The translations under genes were made by a program, and so were the position numbers. From positions 17,422,001-17,486,000 of the forward strand of contig CM114271.1 of the NCBI GenBank assembly GCA_050084515.1: a stretch of DNA of 64,000 bases, read 5' to 3'. The stretch's first letter is position 1; every line of letters starts with the position of its first letter. Below, piece by piece: positions 49,942 through 62,420 of this stretch. This stretch comes from Blasia pusilla (Eukaryota). The notes under the pieces were generated by a model. The model was not told the origin of the DNA, made no database searches, and worked only from the letters and a program-made list of their open reading frames with translations.

Positions 49942-52900
49942 CCTCTAAAGAAGGAACAAGCTCTCGCATTGCCATAAAGAGTTCTCTCATTCTAAAATTA
50001 TCCAATTTTTTGTATTTCTAGTATTTTTTCAATATTTTCAAAAATAAAAAATTCCTGCCACTCTAATTTTAGCTAAATTTAGGGGATGAAGAGTTTAGAG
50101 GATGGGGTTTCCTAGCTCATGAGAGGGCCGCCCACTAGTTCAAAATTTGGAAGTAAGGAACAAATTTGGTAATTTTAATATTTTCAAAATGAGACTCTTC
50201 ATTTTATACGTGTGAAGAATCTGAACCCATGTGTCAAATAATAGCATAAATTTTGTTCACACTCCTAATTTTATAAAGACTTCATTATTTCGTTTCAAAA
50301 AACGTTTACTTCATTAAAAAATTACGTTAAAAGAAAATATCATACTAATATCTGTAGTACGAAAATCGGTGTCACGTCAGTTAGCCATTAGTATCTTATT
50401 AGTCATGGATCTAGCAAGAACCAGATAAAGTTGTATTAACCTATTATAGGTTGGAAGAAAGAAGCGAAGAAACGCAAGTCGTTCTCACCTTCGCATTAAT
50501 CAACATCGAAAAAGATTGCTCGCGCGCTCTTGTGGAGATGCAGCCTCCGGAGTATCGAGCGGTGGCAGTGGGAGACATCGGGCGGCCTTTGGCAGCGTCG
50601 CCTTCCGCCTGCTGCGGAAAATCTGCAATCCCTCACATGTGAATTCAATGACGATATTGGGATGCTGATCTGCGTAGAATATATAAATGTAGAAATACAT
50701 GTGAAAGGGACCCTATACATCGTATCTCTTGCAACATGACCTTCCCTCCGCTCAACGAGCTGCACTCGAGGAACTCGCGTTTGTGTATGAGACCTCCCAT
50801 ATTGGAAAGCAGAATGAAGATCAGAAGGAAAAGTAATTCCAAATAAAAGGAGACCACCTTCATTGCCAAGGGATGAATAAAGTTCAATATAAGAAGAATA
50901 ACTGTAGAAAAATGGGAACACCTTTCGATCGAAGATCGTCGGATAATGGATACCTCTAATCGAAGAAGCAGTAGTCATTGCCAGAGTCCCCGTCGTATGT
51001 TAACCGCGATTCACTCTCCCATGGAATTTGACTCGTGTTCGGTCGTTGGAATCGGTGAAAGAACCGTCATCCACGCTCCGACGAATCAACGCGTGTGTTC
51101 TGCATGAGGCCGTAGGATGCGAAAAGTTCGCCGAAAAACGGAACTCTCGCATCCGGAAAGCTATCAAATGTGACTCTATGCGCGAGCGATTTTGGCTTTG
51201 TATAGGTTCATAATGAAATGTGACTCATAGAATCCAGATCACGCTTGCTTTATTTGCGTGGATAAAAGATCAAATCTGCACAGCTCTCGCCACGGACGCT
51301 CTTTGGAGAAATGCTCTTTCGGTTGACTGCAGTCTCCTTGATGACGGCACTCGCGTTCTTGACATTCTTGTGCGGCGGAGCACTACACTAGGGACTGTGT
51401 CAACTGAAACCTGTACTCTCGCGCTGTGACGAAATCTATCCGCTCCGACGAATCAACGCGCGTGTCCGGGCGCTCGGCCCGACTTCTTTGTTGATTAGAG
51501 GCTTTAGCAGTCTCCCGCTTATAATTCTTTTTCTTTCTTTTTCTTCACTACGAGTATCAAACTAGTTCGGCGGCACATAGTGGGGTGGGGTATTATTAAA
51601 AAATAATTATACGAAAATGTAAGTGTATATGTATGCATAAACTATACTACACCGATAATGTAGAAAATTAAAAAGGTGATATAAAGGCATTAATAAAAAT
51701 CTTCAATACAAACCAATATAATATAAATCAATTTTATGGTAGTGTATAGTAGTTCAAATAGGAAGACATAAGTGTGCAATCCGGGAGGTGAAAATAATAG
51801 CGTGATAATGATAGAGATAATACTATAGAAAAAATAAAATGATATACAATGAACATCAAATAAATACAGAAGTATTAAAATTTTGGCATTTAATGATAAA
51901 TCATATATTACTACACGAGAATCAATAATAAATGTCATAATAGCAAAATAGTTAAGCAATAATGCGAGAGGATTCAATGCAAGAAACACGCCCATTAATA
52001 CAAAGTAAGAGTGAGAGTGTAAGAATGACGACCAATACATAAAGATGGACAATACATAATGACGAAGAATACATAAAGATGGTCAATACCCAATTAATAC
52101 GAATCCGCGCAACAAATAAGAGTGTAAGAATTATGGCTAATACATGAAGCTAGCCAATACAAAAGACGAAGAATACGTTGAGAACCTAATCCTATTCATC
52201 CTATAATCGTTTTCCAAGTCATAGCATGGATCCTATGGAGCATTGTGGTACGATTGCAAAAAATGTTGTGTTTTGCACGCACTTGAGAGGAAACCGCAAA
52301 ATATGGGCTTTAAGTCGGGGCCGTAATAAAAAAAATTCCTTTAAATAATTTAAAATTACCTTGTGTCAAATCCATAATATTCTGGTAAATAAACAAGACA
52401 TGCGATAGCAATCTAATAAGACAAAATAGTAACGCAATAACATTTTTTTCCTAAATTATCCCTTTACTAACTAAGTTAGAGAGTTGAAACAAATTTTTGG
52501 GATGGGAGAATAATTTAATTCCTTGGAGGAGAAATATTTTATTAATGAGGGTTTTTATTTAAGGGAGGTGTGGGATGTTTATTAACAACCCCCACTTCTT
52601 GTGGATGCTATACTTGGGGAGCACGAAATGATATTGGAGGAGTGGGGTATTCAATGGATCTAGAAACACTAATTAGTTAGCAAGACTCTACCACAAGAGC
52701 CCTGCACTTCAACATTGAGCGTAAATTTAGACATTTATATACCTAGACATTCACATTCATGCGTGCTCCATTGCACACAAGAGTCCTCATGTAGGTCAAT
52801 TTTTTTTATGCTGCAAAGCAAACTTTCAATCATACACATGTACTTCTTCACGTCATTCATATTGCATTGCTCATCCTAGTACTCAACCGATTCAACGAAA

Positions 52901-53594
52901 TGCGAGACAAGGCAAGGAGGACCATAATTTCTCTGCCTCATGAAAGGAAGCTCAACACATAGAGAGTAAGCTCTCAAACTCACTTTGTTTGGGTATTCCC
53001 CTTCCCTCTCACCTCAGTGACTCGCGCACATAGGTCATCTCCTTGAATCTTATCTTGTAATAGTGTGTCAGGGATCATTTCTATAAATGTAAAGTAAACT
53101 CTACTAATGACATACTCTTTACAAAAATAGTAAGTTTTTCAATATGGCTCTAAATGAGCCTAAAATAGGGGCAAACTTGCTCTCTCTTACCTTTGAACTC
53201 TTGAAGTTCTCTCATATATATAGAGAATCGCTAGGTGAGAGATATAACCTTGAGTTATGGATGGCAACTCATAAAACCGTGAAGGAAAGTAGACAACATG
53301 GCCCAAAACATCAAAAGTGACACGGAAAGCAAGCTTTGATTGGAGAAGAAACCTCCAACAACTATAAGAGCTTTTAGTGGTGTAGATATTTCTTATCCAA
53401 ATTTTTGATGTGCTAACATAAGCACTTTTTATAATTGCAATTGTCATAAAAATGATCCCCGTTATTTTGAAACTTGGGATCTAGTACATTTCATAGTTGA
53501 GATTCAAATGTACTTAATCTAGTTATTCCGCTATGATTATTGTGAAATTCATAAAATAGAATTGTAGCACTCCATTAAATAAAAGGATGATTGT

Positions 53595-56470
53595 TCTGAC
53601 TAAGAGGTTATGTTGGCCCAACATGAAGGAGGATGTTGCTCAGTATGTGAAGACTTGTGTGCCAAACGAATAGAGTTTATTATGAAAAAAAGGCTTATTT
53701 CACCCTTTGTCGATTCTAGAAGGACCCTTGCACAATGTCATTATGGATTTTATTACGAGTCTTCTAGAGTTTGAGGGATACAATCCTATATTTATGATAG
53801 TTGATCAGTTCAGCAAGTTGGGGAGGTTTGTATCAACAGTGGACTCCACAACGGCTTATGTGGCATCTTGATTGTTCCTAGATAGTTGGTGGAGAGCTCA
53901 TGGGTTGCCTAGGAGTATTGTTTCAGATCGGGATCTAAAATTTACCAATGCCTTTTAGAAGTACCTATTCATAAAGTTTAGGACCAAGCTAAGTTTTAGT
54001 ACCGCCTTCCATCCGCAGAAAAATGAAAAAATGGAAAAGTTAAACTTGATCGTGAATCGTTACTTGAGGAATTAGGTATGCACCGACTAGCAAGATTGGG
54101 CAAGGTATGTGGATAAGTATGGCTGAATATTGCTGCAACTTGACCAAGAATTCTGCAACGGAAGAATCTCCATTTCTTTTGGCGTATGGACATGAGCCAA
54201 AAGGGCCTCTTGACTTGGCTCTTTCAAAGGGTACTACATCAATATAGACCCAACAAGCAATGACTGAAGTTTTGTTAGTGGAGATGCGAGAACGGACATA
54301 GTGGGCAAGAAGGAGTCTTGCAAAGGCTCAACTAAGGCACGTTAAGCATGCTAACAAGAGTCCGCGTCAAGTGAGTTTCCAAGTAGGGAACCAAGTGTGG
54401 TAAATTGTGAAGAATCTCACTCTTCCAAAAGAGTTGTCTGCAAAGGTGTCTGCCAAGTATGTTGGATTGTAGGTGTCCAAGGCAATCCCGTTTGAGGATG
54501 TTTATACATTGGAGTTGGCAAAAGAGTTCAAGATTCACCCAAATTTCCATGTGTCAACATTGAAGAAGTGTCCTCAAGATAATGTGCGTCTCGGGCGAAG
54601 GCAAGTATTGAGACCATAATCGATGATTGTCAAAGGAGAACCAAATTTTGAGGTGGAGATCATTTTGCATTCAAAATGTAGGACCATAAAGTATGAGTAT
54701 TTGGTCAAATTGAAGGCCTACCATGTGAAAGAGGCGGCTTGGATTGCGGAGGGAGATTTGGAACATGTGCAAGAGGTGTTATAACAATTCAAACGGATGT
54801 AGGAAAAACACGCATTAGTACATGGAGTCTTACGCTAGGGACATTACTTGTGGCCAGAGGAAGCTTGGGCCAAAGGCAAATGTAACTAGAACAGGCTAGT
54901 ATTGTAATAAAGGAATACATGGATTTGGAGATTCGATGCTAGTGGTTGATTGCAAATTTGTTTTTGGTAGTGCATGGAAATGCTTCGTTCCTCATATGCT
55001 TAGGATGTAAGTCAAGAGAAGAGACAAGGAGTATATGAGAGGTGAGAGCTTGTATTTGGATAAGCACCTAGAATAGGAAAAAGTGTTGGGTGGCTAATAC
55101 TTGGGCTCGCCCTAGCGTCATCGAGGCACATCACTTTGTCTTGGGGCTTGGGATGATCTTACTCGTTATATCAAGAGTGAACTTAGTGACGCACCTATGT
55201 TGAATACGAGAGCGACCTAAAAGTAGTATAACTTGTGGACCCCATAAATAGATGGGATGTTTACGTGTTGGGAATAAGAGAAGTCTTAGGTAGTAGACTT
55301 AGCTAGCTTATTTGATAGCTTAGGTTAGTTCTGAGGAACTTATCTAGACTTATTAAGAGGAGATGCTAAAAGATGCTAAGTGGTGCATGCAACAACTGAA
55401 GACTTAAGCCAAACAAGGAATTGTCGAGTAGCTATCAAAACACAATTCGATATCAAGGGGTCGGCTTCCCAAAAAACTTGACATTATAAGGTTTGCATTG
55501 ATCAAGGCATCGATCTCTAAATCAAATGACCGCCATGCGGAACATCAAAACTCTAGTGGACTCACACTATGATGGTTTAAGCGTTGGAGAGGTCTCTTGA
55601 AGGAGACACAAGATAAGAGACTCGAACAAGGTTGAGCATTTCATGCATTTATGGTTGCAACTTGAAAACTTGAACCAAAAATGAACCAAGACTTGAAAGG
55701 AGTGGATTCTAGAAAGAGTGGTTGCCAAAGAGGTGAGATCCAGATTTGGAATGTGACTTCCGTTTGGGGTTTTTACTATATTTTGGACCATAAATTTTAG
55801 TCCGAATATTTTTGGGACAAATAAGGTGGTGTTGGAAACCTTATGCAAAGCCAATTCCAATGAATCAAAGATTTCAACAAATGCATGAGCAAAGGCTGAG
55901 AAACTTCCCAAAAATGACTATACATAGCGTTGGGTTGAGGGCCGAAAAGAGGGGCCCAAGAGTCTTTTCCCAAAAGATAGGGGGAGGGCAGAGAACCCTA
56001 GAAGTACTAGTAAGGGAGGAGGTTTCCAATAGTGCTTGGGACACAAACCCCACTTTGGGGCACCGCGGGGTAAACCAAGGGCATGAAATGCATGGATCGG
56101 AAGTTTGGCATTGTGATTCGAAACCCAAACCAAGCCCAATAGAATGGATTTTAGAGGCCAATTTTGGATTCCAACCCCCCACTCATTTAAGTAGGTCTCG
56201 ATAGGGCTCATACAAGGTCCATTGGAGTTGGGACACCCTAGGCGTGCGAACGCTATTTTAGATGTGTGGACTATCTAGAATGTTTGTCCCGAGTCTCGGA
56301 AGACTTGCCTATGTTGGGAAGTGAGGAATTATGAAGGTTGAGTTTGATGAAGTGCCAAGTTGAGAACTCGGCTAGTTGGAAGGCTAATTGACCCAGACTA
56401 AATTAACGTGAGTGTGTTTGGATATAGATTAGTAAGAGGGTGCGTCCTACTAAATGTATGCTTCCTAAAC
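53595..56470 (+). mobile_element. Chromovirus (Ty3/gypsy) remnant: integrase, chromodomain, PPT-like tract and partial LTR
   Basis: Decayed WPNMKEDVAQYVKTC, MDFITSL, MIVDQFSK, HGLPRSIVSDRD, STAFHP and IHPNFHVSTLK. Chromodomain FEVEIIL...YEYLVK.K.YH...AAWI at ~54645-54780. TTGGGGCTTGGGATGA near 55141. Downstream region is similar to 6181-7070. Confidence 0.85.
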
Positions 56471-56593
56471 ACTAGAGATTGAAGTTCAAGAATTAAGGGA
56501 AGTAGGCGCACAACAAGAGCTCCTCCGCCTCATGCCAAGAGGTTTAACAAAGAGAGAATGAGCTCTAAAACTCTCTCTCTCTCTTCTCGGATA

Positions 56594-59500
56594 TATTGAA
56601 GATTGAGTTAGAGTCAAGCTCATGAGACATCTAAACTGCTACATTTGGTACTCGCACAAAGTAGGGAAGCTTAATCTTGATTAGTCAATTAAATGTGATT
56701 ATCTTAACTAGGATTAGTTAATCATAATTAGTCTAACTTGAGACTATGGTTAAGATTAGGGTTAGGGTTGCTTGTACATACCCTATATAATTGAGAAGGG
56801 ACCAGCCTCCACTCATTCTCTCATTGCAAAATTTCGTTCTCCATGGTGGCGTGTAAGTGTGAGAGTCATTTTCCACCAATTATGCTTCTTTAACAATTTT
56901 CTAAATGGTATCAGAGCGATAGAACATCACTTGAAATTCTTGGTGTTTGAGGAGAGAAGAGAGGCAATTTAGCTTGGGAGAAGGAAATTTTTTTGAGAGC
57001 TCAGTGGGTGTAGATTTCATGTGGAGCTTTGCCGGTGATAAACTTTGGAGGCATTTTCGGTCGATTAAGCCATCTGGGTCCGCATTGGCCATAATGATGC
57101 CGAAGGTTGTTCTAAATGACTTGTAGAGCTCATCGAGAAATTTCCCACACATCCAAAATCGCTTAATTCTGACATTCTGAGCTCTTGCAGTAGCAATTTC
57201 AGTGTAGGAAAGTGCAATTAGTGAAGAAAAGTTATTCAGTTTGCTCTTTACAGGCCAATTCCGACTAGTTCTTTCATAATGTTGATCAATTTTGAAAATT
57301 TTCATATCGATGTCTGTGTAGGAGTAATCTATGCTTTAATTGGACCAGTGAAGAGCTTGAAATTACATTTTTTGTGAGTGAAATCATTCGCCGTGGAGTA
57401 TTCTTCAAGACCAATCACATGCGAGAAGCTAGGTAAGCAGAATTATAATGTCTGGAAGTTTCACATGAAACAATTTCTCATGGGTCAAGAACTATGGGAG
57501 ATTTTCATAAGTGATGAGGCCAAGTCAAAAGGTGATTCAACAGACTTGAATATTCGCGCTTGGAACAAACACACAATGCAAGAAATCCACTACAGGTCAA
57601 TAGCGATCAGTTGACCAATGATAGGTCACATTCAAGATGTTGATATTTTGAAGGATGCTTGGGATGCATTGGAGAAGCTATTCCAAACATCTACAAAGGT
57701 AAAAAATCTTCGATTGAAACAGAAATTGAACAAAATGAGGAAAAGATTGCATAGCATCAATGATTATGTTTTGAGCATCAGACATATTGTTGATTAGTTG
57801 AATACCATGGGAGTGATAGTAGAAGATGATAATCTGATTTTTATTACTCTTCAAGGCCTTACAAAGGATTAAAAATCCTTTGAGATCTCTATCTTTGTAA
57901 GAGAGAAATATCCAACCTTTCAAGAGTTAGTCCCATTGTTAATCAATGAAGAGATGCGCCTAATAAGCAGTGGTAGCTCGTCTAGTCTACAAGAGAGTGC
58001 GTTATTTGCAAGTTATGGATCAAACAGAGGCAGGGGTCGTGGTAGAAGCTTCCATGATCGTTGAGGATATCAAATATATGGAGAACGAGACACTCAATAT
58101 AATGTCACTCAATCAACTACGAATCGATATCAGACACAATCACAAGGTGGTGATGGTGGAAATCGTTGGAGTCCATTCAACAACAGAGGGTCCCTAGCTC
58201 TTCCAATTACTCGGGATAAAGGGTCTCTATGCAAAGTTTTGCTTCAATAAGAAGGTAGAGATGAGAACATGAGCCTTAAAAAAACAAAACTATGTGGAGC
58301 AACAACACCAACTCAAAGCACAGTACCAAGAACAACAAGATTCACAAACTCAGCACCTCTTGGTCATGACTAATCATATGGGAGCAATGGTCAAGAAAGA
58401 CTCGACAACATATTGGTATATTGACTCTGGTGTATCAAATCACATGACCTCACAAGCTAAATGGTTCAGTAATATGAAGCCGATGAAAGATCCTACAATT
58501 TTGCTCACAAGAGATGATACTCAACATTATATTACGCATATTGATAAAGTTCTAATAGCATTAGATGGTCTTTGTTCTCCATATTCCTACCATTGCAAGA
58601 AACTTGATCTCGGTAGAAGAGATAGTAGAACAAGGTTATCAAGTTAAGTTTAACACATGTGGTTGTTTCATTGAAACAATGGATGACCAGACTACGATAG
58701 CCAAAAGAACTAAATCTGGCAAAATGTTCAAATTAGATGTTTCTATGTCACAGATTCAAACAGTAATGTATGGTCAAACAGGCCAACAAGTCACAGATCT
58801 AAATGTGTGGCATAAAAGAATTGGACATATGAATCTTCAAAGATTACAGAGTCTTTCATCATCTAATATAGTAATAGGGCTTCCTAAATTAGCGAGTCCT
58901 GTTAGGTTAGAGATATGTCGTGCTTGCCAATTTGGAAAATAAGCTAGATTTACTTTTCCAAAGCAACATAGAAGAGCATCCAAGATATTGGAATTGATCC
59001 ACAATGATATGTGGAAAATATCACAACATAACCTTAGTGGTTGCCAGTACTTTGTTTCATTTATTGATGACTTCTTTAGGTATATATGGATATACTTTCT
59101 GAAAGTCAAGTCAAAGATATTCTCAGTGTTCCAAACATTCAAAGTTCTAGTAGAGAAGCAAACTAGAGAACACATTATGAAATTGCGTTGTGATGGAGGA
59201 GGAGAATATCTTTCAACAGAGTTTGATGACTATTTACGTCAAAATGGCACCCAACGTCAAGTGACTTGCCGTTACACTCCACAACAAAATGGAGTGGCTA
59301 AGAGGAAGAATTGACATATTGCTGAGGCGGCACGAGCTATGTTGAATGAGAAGGACATGCTTAAGGTATATTGGGCACAGGCTATAGCGTGTGCAGTCTT
59401 CTTAATCAACCGAACTCCAACAGCATGAGTTCATGATAAGACTCCATTCGAAGTCTTCAAAGGAAGTAAACATGATTTTTTCTTCTTGAAAGTATTTGGT

Positions 59501-61503
59501 TGTAATTGGTATGCTCATGTTCCTTATGAAAGACTTTAAAAATTAGACCCCAAATCTGAAAGATGTATATTCATTGGCTACGCCGATGGAACTAAAGGAT
59601 ATAAGTGCTACATTCCATCCTCTAGGAAGCTTATTATTACTTGCGATATTTTCTTTGATGAGCTAAAGTCATGGTATGCTCCATCTGAGCTTATTCCACC
59701 TCTAAACTTGTCTGTTGAGGAAGAAAATATGACTGTACACGAACAAACATTGCCTTCAAATTCCCCAAGTACTAGTGTAGGATTAGGAGAGGTTATAGAT
59801 TCGGTAGTTAAATCTGTGAGTCCATGGACGGGAAGAATACGTATTCGATCTCTTGACACTAGTTAGAGCTCGAGTTAGGTGTCACATGCATCTACCTATA
59901 AACAACACCTTTATAGATCAAGTAGATTCACACATCCTGTTCATAGATTCATAAATAAAGGTTTCCTTGCGACACAACATGCATATATGATGACTACCCT
60001 TCAAGAATAGGAGCCGAGTTGTTTTGAAGAAGTTGCAAGTAAAGTAAAATGGCTTAAAGCTATGGAGGAAGAGCTTGCTCCATTAAGACATCAATAGATC
60101 TGGGAGCTAGTTGATATACCTTCCGGTAAGGAAGCTATTAGTTGCAAATGGATTTACAAAATCAAGTGCAAGCAAGATGATACAGTTAACAAATACAAAG
60201 TGAGATTGGTGGCTAAGGGCTATGCACAACAATATGGCATCGATTATGAGGAAATATTTAGCCCTGTTGCAAAGATGGCGACTACGAGAACAGTGGTTGT
60301 AGTTGCACTAAGTAAGAAGTGGAGATTATATTATATGGACGTCAAGAATGCCTTCTTGAATGGAGATGTATATGAGGAGTTATATATATATGACTCAACC
60401 AACTGGATATATATGAGCATCTTGAGTTTCCATTTCGCGTATGCAAGTTGAAGAAAGCTCTATACGAGTTCAAACAAGCTACAAGAGCTTGGTATGGCAA
60501 GATTAAATACGTCCTACAAGAGTTGGGTTTTAGGGCATGTGAACTGACTCCTCTTTATATGTCTTGAGAGGAAAAGATCATACGGTTGTCATTGTATTGT
60601 ATGTTGACGATCTTTTGATTACTGGGAGTACTGAGGATATGGTACAACAAGTCAAGCTAAAATTACTGTCAGAATTTGATATGAAGGACTTGGGAAAACT
60701 CAAGTACTTCCTTGGTGTTGAGTTTATCAAGGTTGGAGAGAGCATGTGCTTACTACAACGACAATATGCTCTTTACATGCATAAGAAGCGCAGTTATAAG
60801 TTGGGCTTCAAAGAAGCAACCTATATTTGCTTTATCTTCAACAAAGGCTAAATACAGAGGAAGAATCAATGCAATATGTGAGGCTGTGTGGCTTCATCGA
60901 TTACTTGTTGATATTGGTGTTAGTAACTTAGGACCTAGTGTAATATATGCAGACAATATTAGTAGCATCAAACTTGCTAATAACCGTGTGTTTAATGCTC
61001 GTACAAAGCATGTTGAGGTGCGCTATCATTTTATCAGAGAGAAAGTGCTTGCAAGAGAAATTGATCTTATGTATATAGGTACAGATCAGCAAATTGTTGA
61101 CATCTTTACGAAGGCATTGTCTAGAGATAAGTTTGAGATGTTTAGAAACAATTTAGGCATTAGAGATATCGATATGAGTTTGAGGGAGATTATTGAAAAT
61201 TGAGTTATAGTCAAGCTCATGAGACACCTAAATTGCTACATTTGGTACTCGCACAAAGTAGGGAAGCTTAATCTTAGTTAGTCAGTTAAGCGTGATTATC
61301 TTAACTATGATTAGTTTATCATAGTTAGTCTAACTTGAGACTATGGTTAAGATGAGGGTTAGGGTTGCTTGTACATACCCTATATAATTGAGAAGGGGAC
61401 CAGCCTCCACTCATTCTCTCATTGCAAAATTTTGTTCTTCATGGTGGTGTATAAGTGTAAGAGCCGTTTCCCACCAGTTATGCTTCTTTAGCAATTTTCT
61501 ACA
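56594..61503 (+). mobile_element. Ty1/copia LTR retrotransposon with both LTRs, decayed and with an internal deletion in RT-RNase H
   Basis: LTRs 56594-56905 and 61191-61503 (~24 substitutions plus 1 indel by eye), PBS TGGTATCAGAGC, PPT TGAGGGAGAT. Gag NYNVWKFHMK, protease WYIDSGVSNHM, WHKRIGH, integrase FIDDF / LRCDGGGEY / TPQQNGVA, RT LVAKGYAQQYGIDY / LYVDDLL, RNase H SWASKKQ / RTKHVEVRYHFIRE. Confidence 0.96.
56906..56917 (+). promoter_or_regulatory. Primer-binding site (tRNA-iMet) of the copia element
   Basis: TGGTATCAGAGC directly after the 5' LTR. Confidence 0.93.
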
Positions 61504-62420
61504 AGGTATATCTCCTTGCCTCGCTCTAGCTCTCTCCATGGTAACCTATGCTCGTAAGTCATCTCTTATGCTTTTGAGGTTATGTAGGGGATCAAGGACC
61601 ATTTCACAAAATGGAAAGTCAACTCTACTCCTAATGGTAACTTACTCAAAATAATAATTTTCTCTATATAGCTCCAAATAAGCTGAAAAGAAGGGAAAAT
61701 ATGCTCTCTCAGATTATCCATAATATTAGTAGGTCATCCTCGACCTCTTGAGGCTGTCCTCCAATATTCTCTAAGGCACTATATTATAAACTCGTTAGTC
61801 CATCCCAAAAGATGTGACAATGGTCGTGTGCATACACATCGCTACACAACATACATCGTTGTCACCGAATACACACACAAACATACAAGATACCATACTA
61901 ACTCATGACATCTAAAAATCGAGACGTTCAAGTACCAAAATATCTCCAATCATTCCTCTAGTTGGTGGTTAGGTACCTCTAACTCTAGATAGCCATCTAT
62001 CCCTAACTATCATGACTCACATCTCTAGATCACTAAGAGCAAAAATATCATGTGCTTATGTAATCCCATCATTAGTCGCCTTCTTATCACCCATATCAAA
62101 GACATAAGTCTAGATCTTTGACTACCTATGGTAAAGATCGGCGCTCCGTCAAAGGTAAAGGTCCTAAAAATCCAAACTCTACGTATAACCTAAATCCATG
62201 ATTGACAACACATGCAACTGTGGAGTCAGAGTATTAAAGTATGTCCGGACCCGATCACATACCATATACCTAGCAACAAATTTTTCCCTTTAGTTTTCAT
62301 GCATTGCCATTGATATTATATATGGAGCAAGTTGTACGTCCGCAACAATAGAGCCCACCTTGCAAGCTTCCCTATAAGCTTGCTAGACTCCATCAACCAA
62401 TTAAGTGGTTGATGGAGATC
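61504..62420 (-). mobile_element. Third, internally deleted element of the DNMT/PHD gypsy lineage, LTR apparently interrupted by the copia
   Basis: Minus strand: RNase H piece HQPLNWLMESSKLIGKLARWALLL (62320-62420), then integrase piece CDRVRTYFN...LSIMDLGY...SLDF.GPLPLT (62140-62280; cf. CDRVRALFN...LSIMGLGYRWSLDLAGPLPLT in the first element). Then AACCACCAACTAGAGGA (61954-61970), an LTR-end copy (61822-61950), AT spacer and LTR start TGTCACATC at 61819. Confidence 0.82.

Larger units (their letters stand above)
48538..50138 (+). mobile_element. Putative non-autonomous Helitron (~1.6 kb, AT-rich)
   Basis: A|TCATACTATTAAG start, imperfect hairpin CCTAGCTCATGAGAGG followed by ...CCCACTAG|T end. 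Contains the repeat shared with 36840-37260. Confidence 0.55.

Noticed and set aside
56753-56770. TTAGGGTTAGGGTT telomere-like motif in the copia LTR
   Set aside because: Only two units; too short to call an interstitial telomeric repeat.
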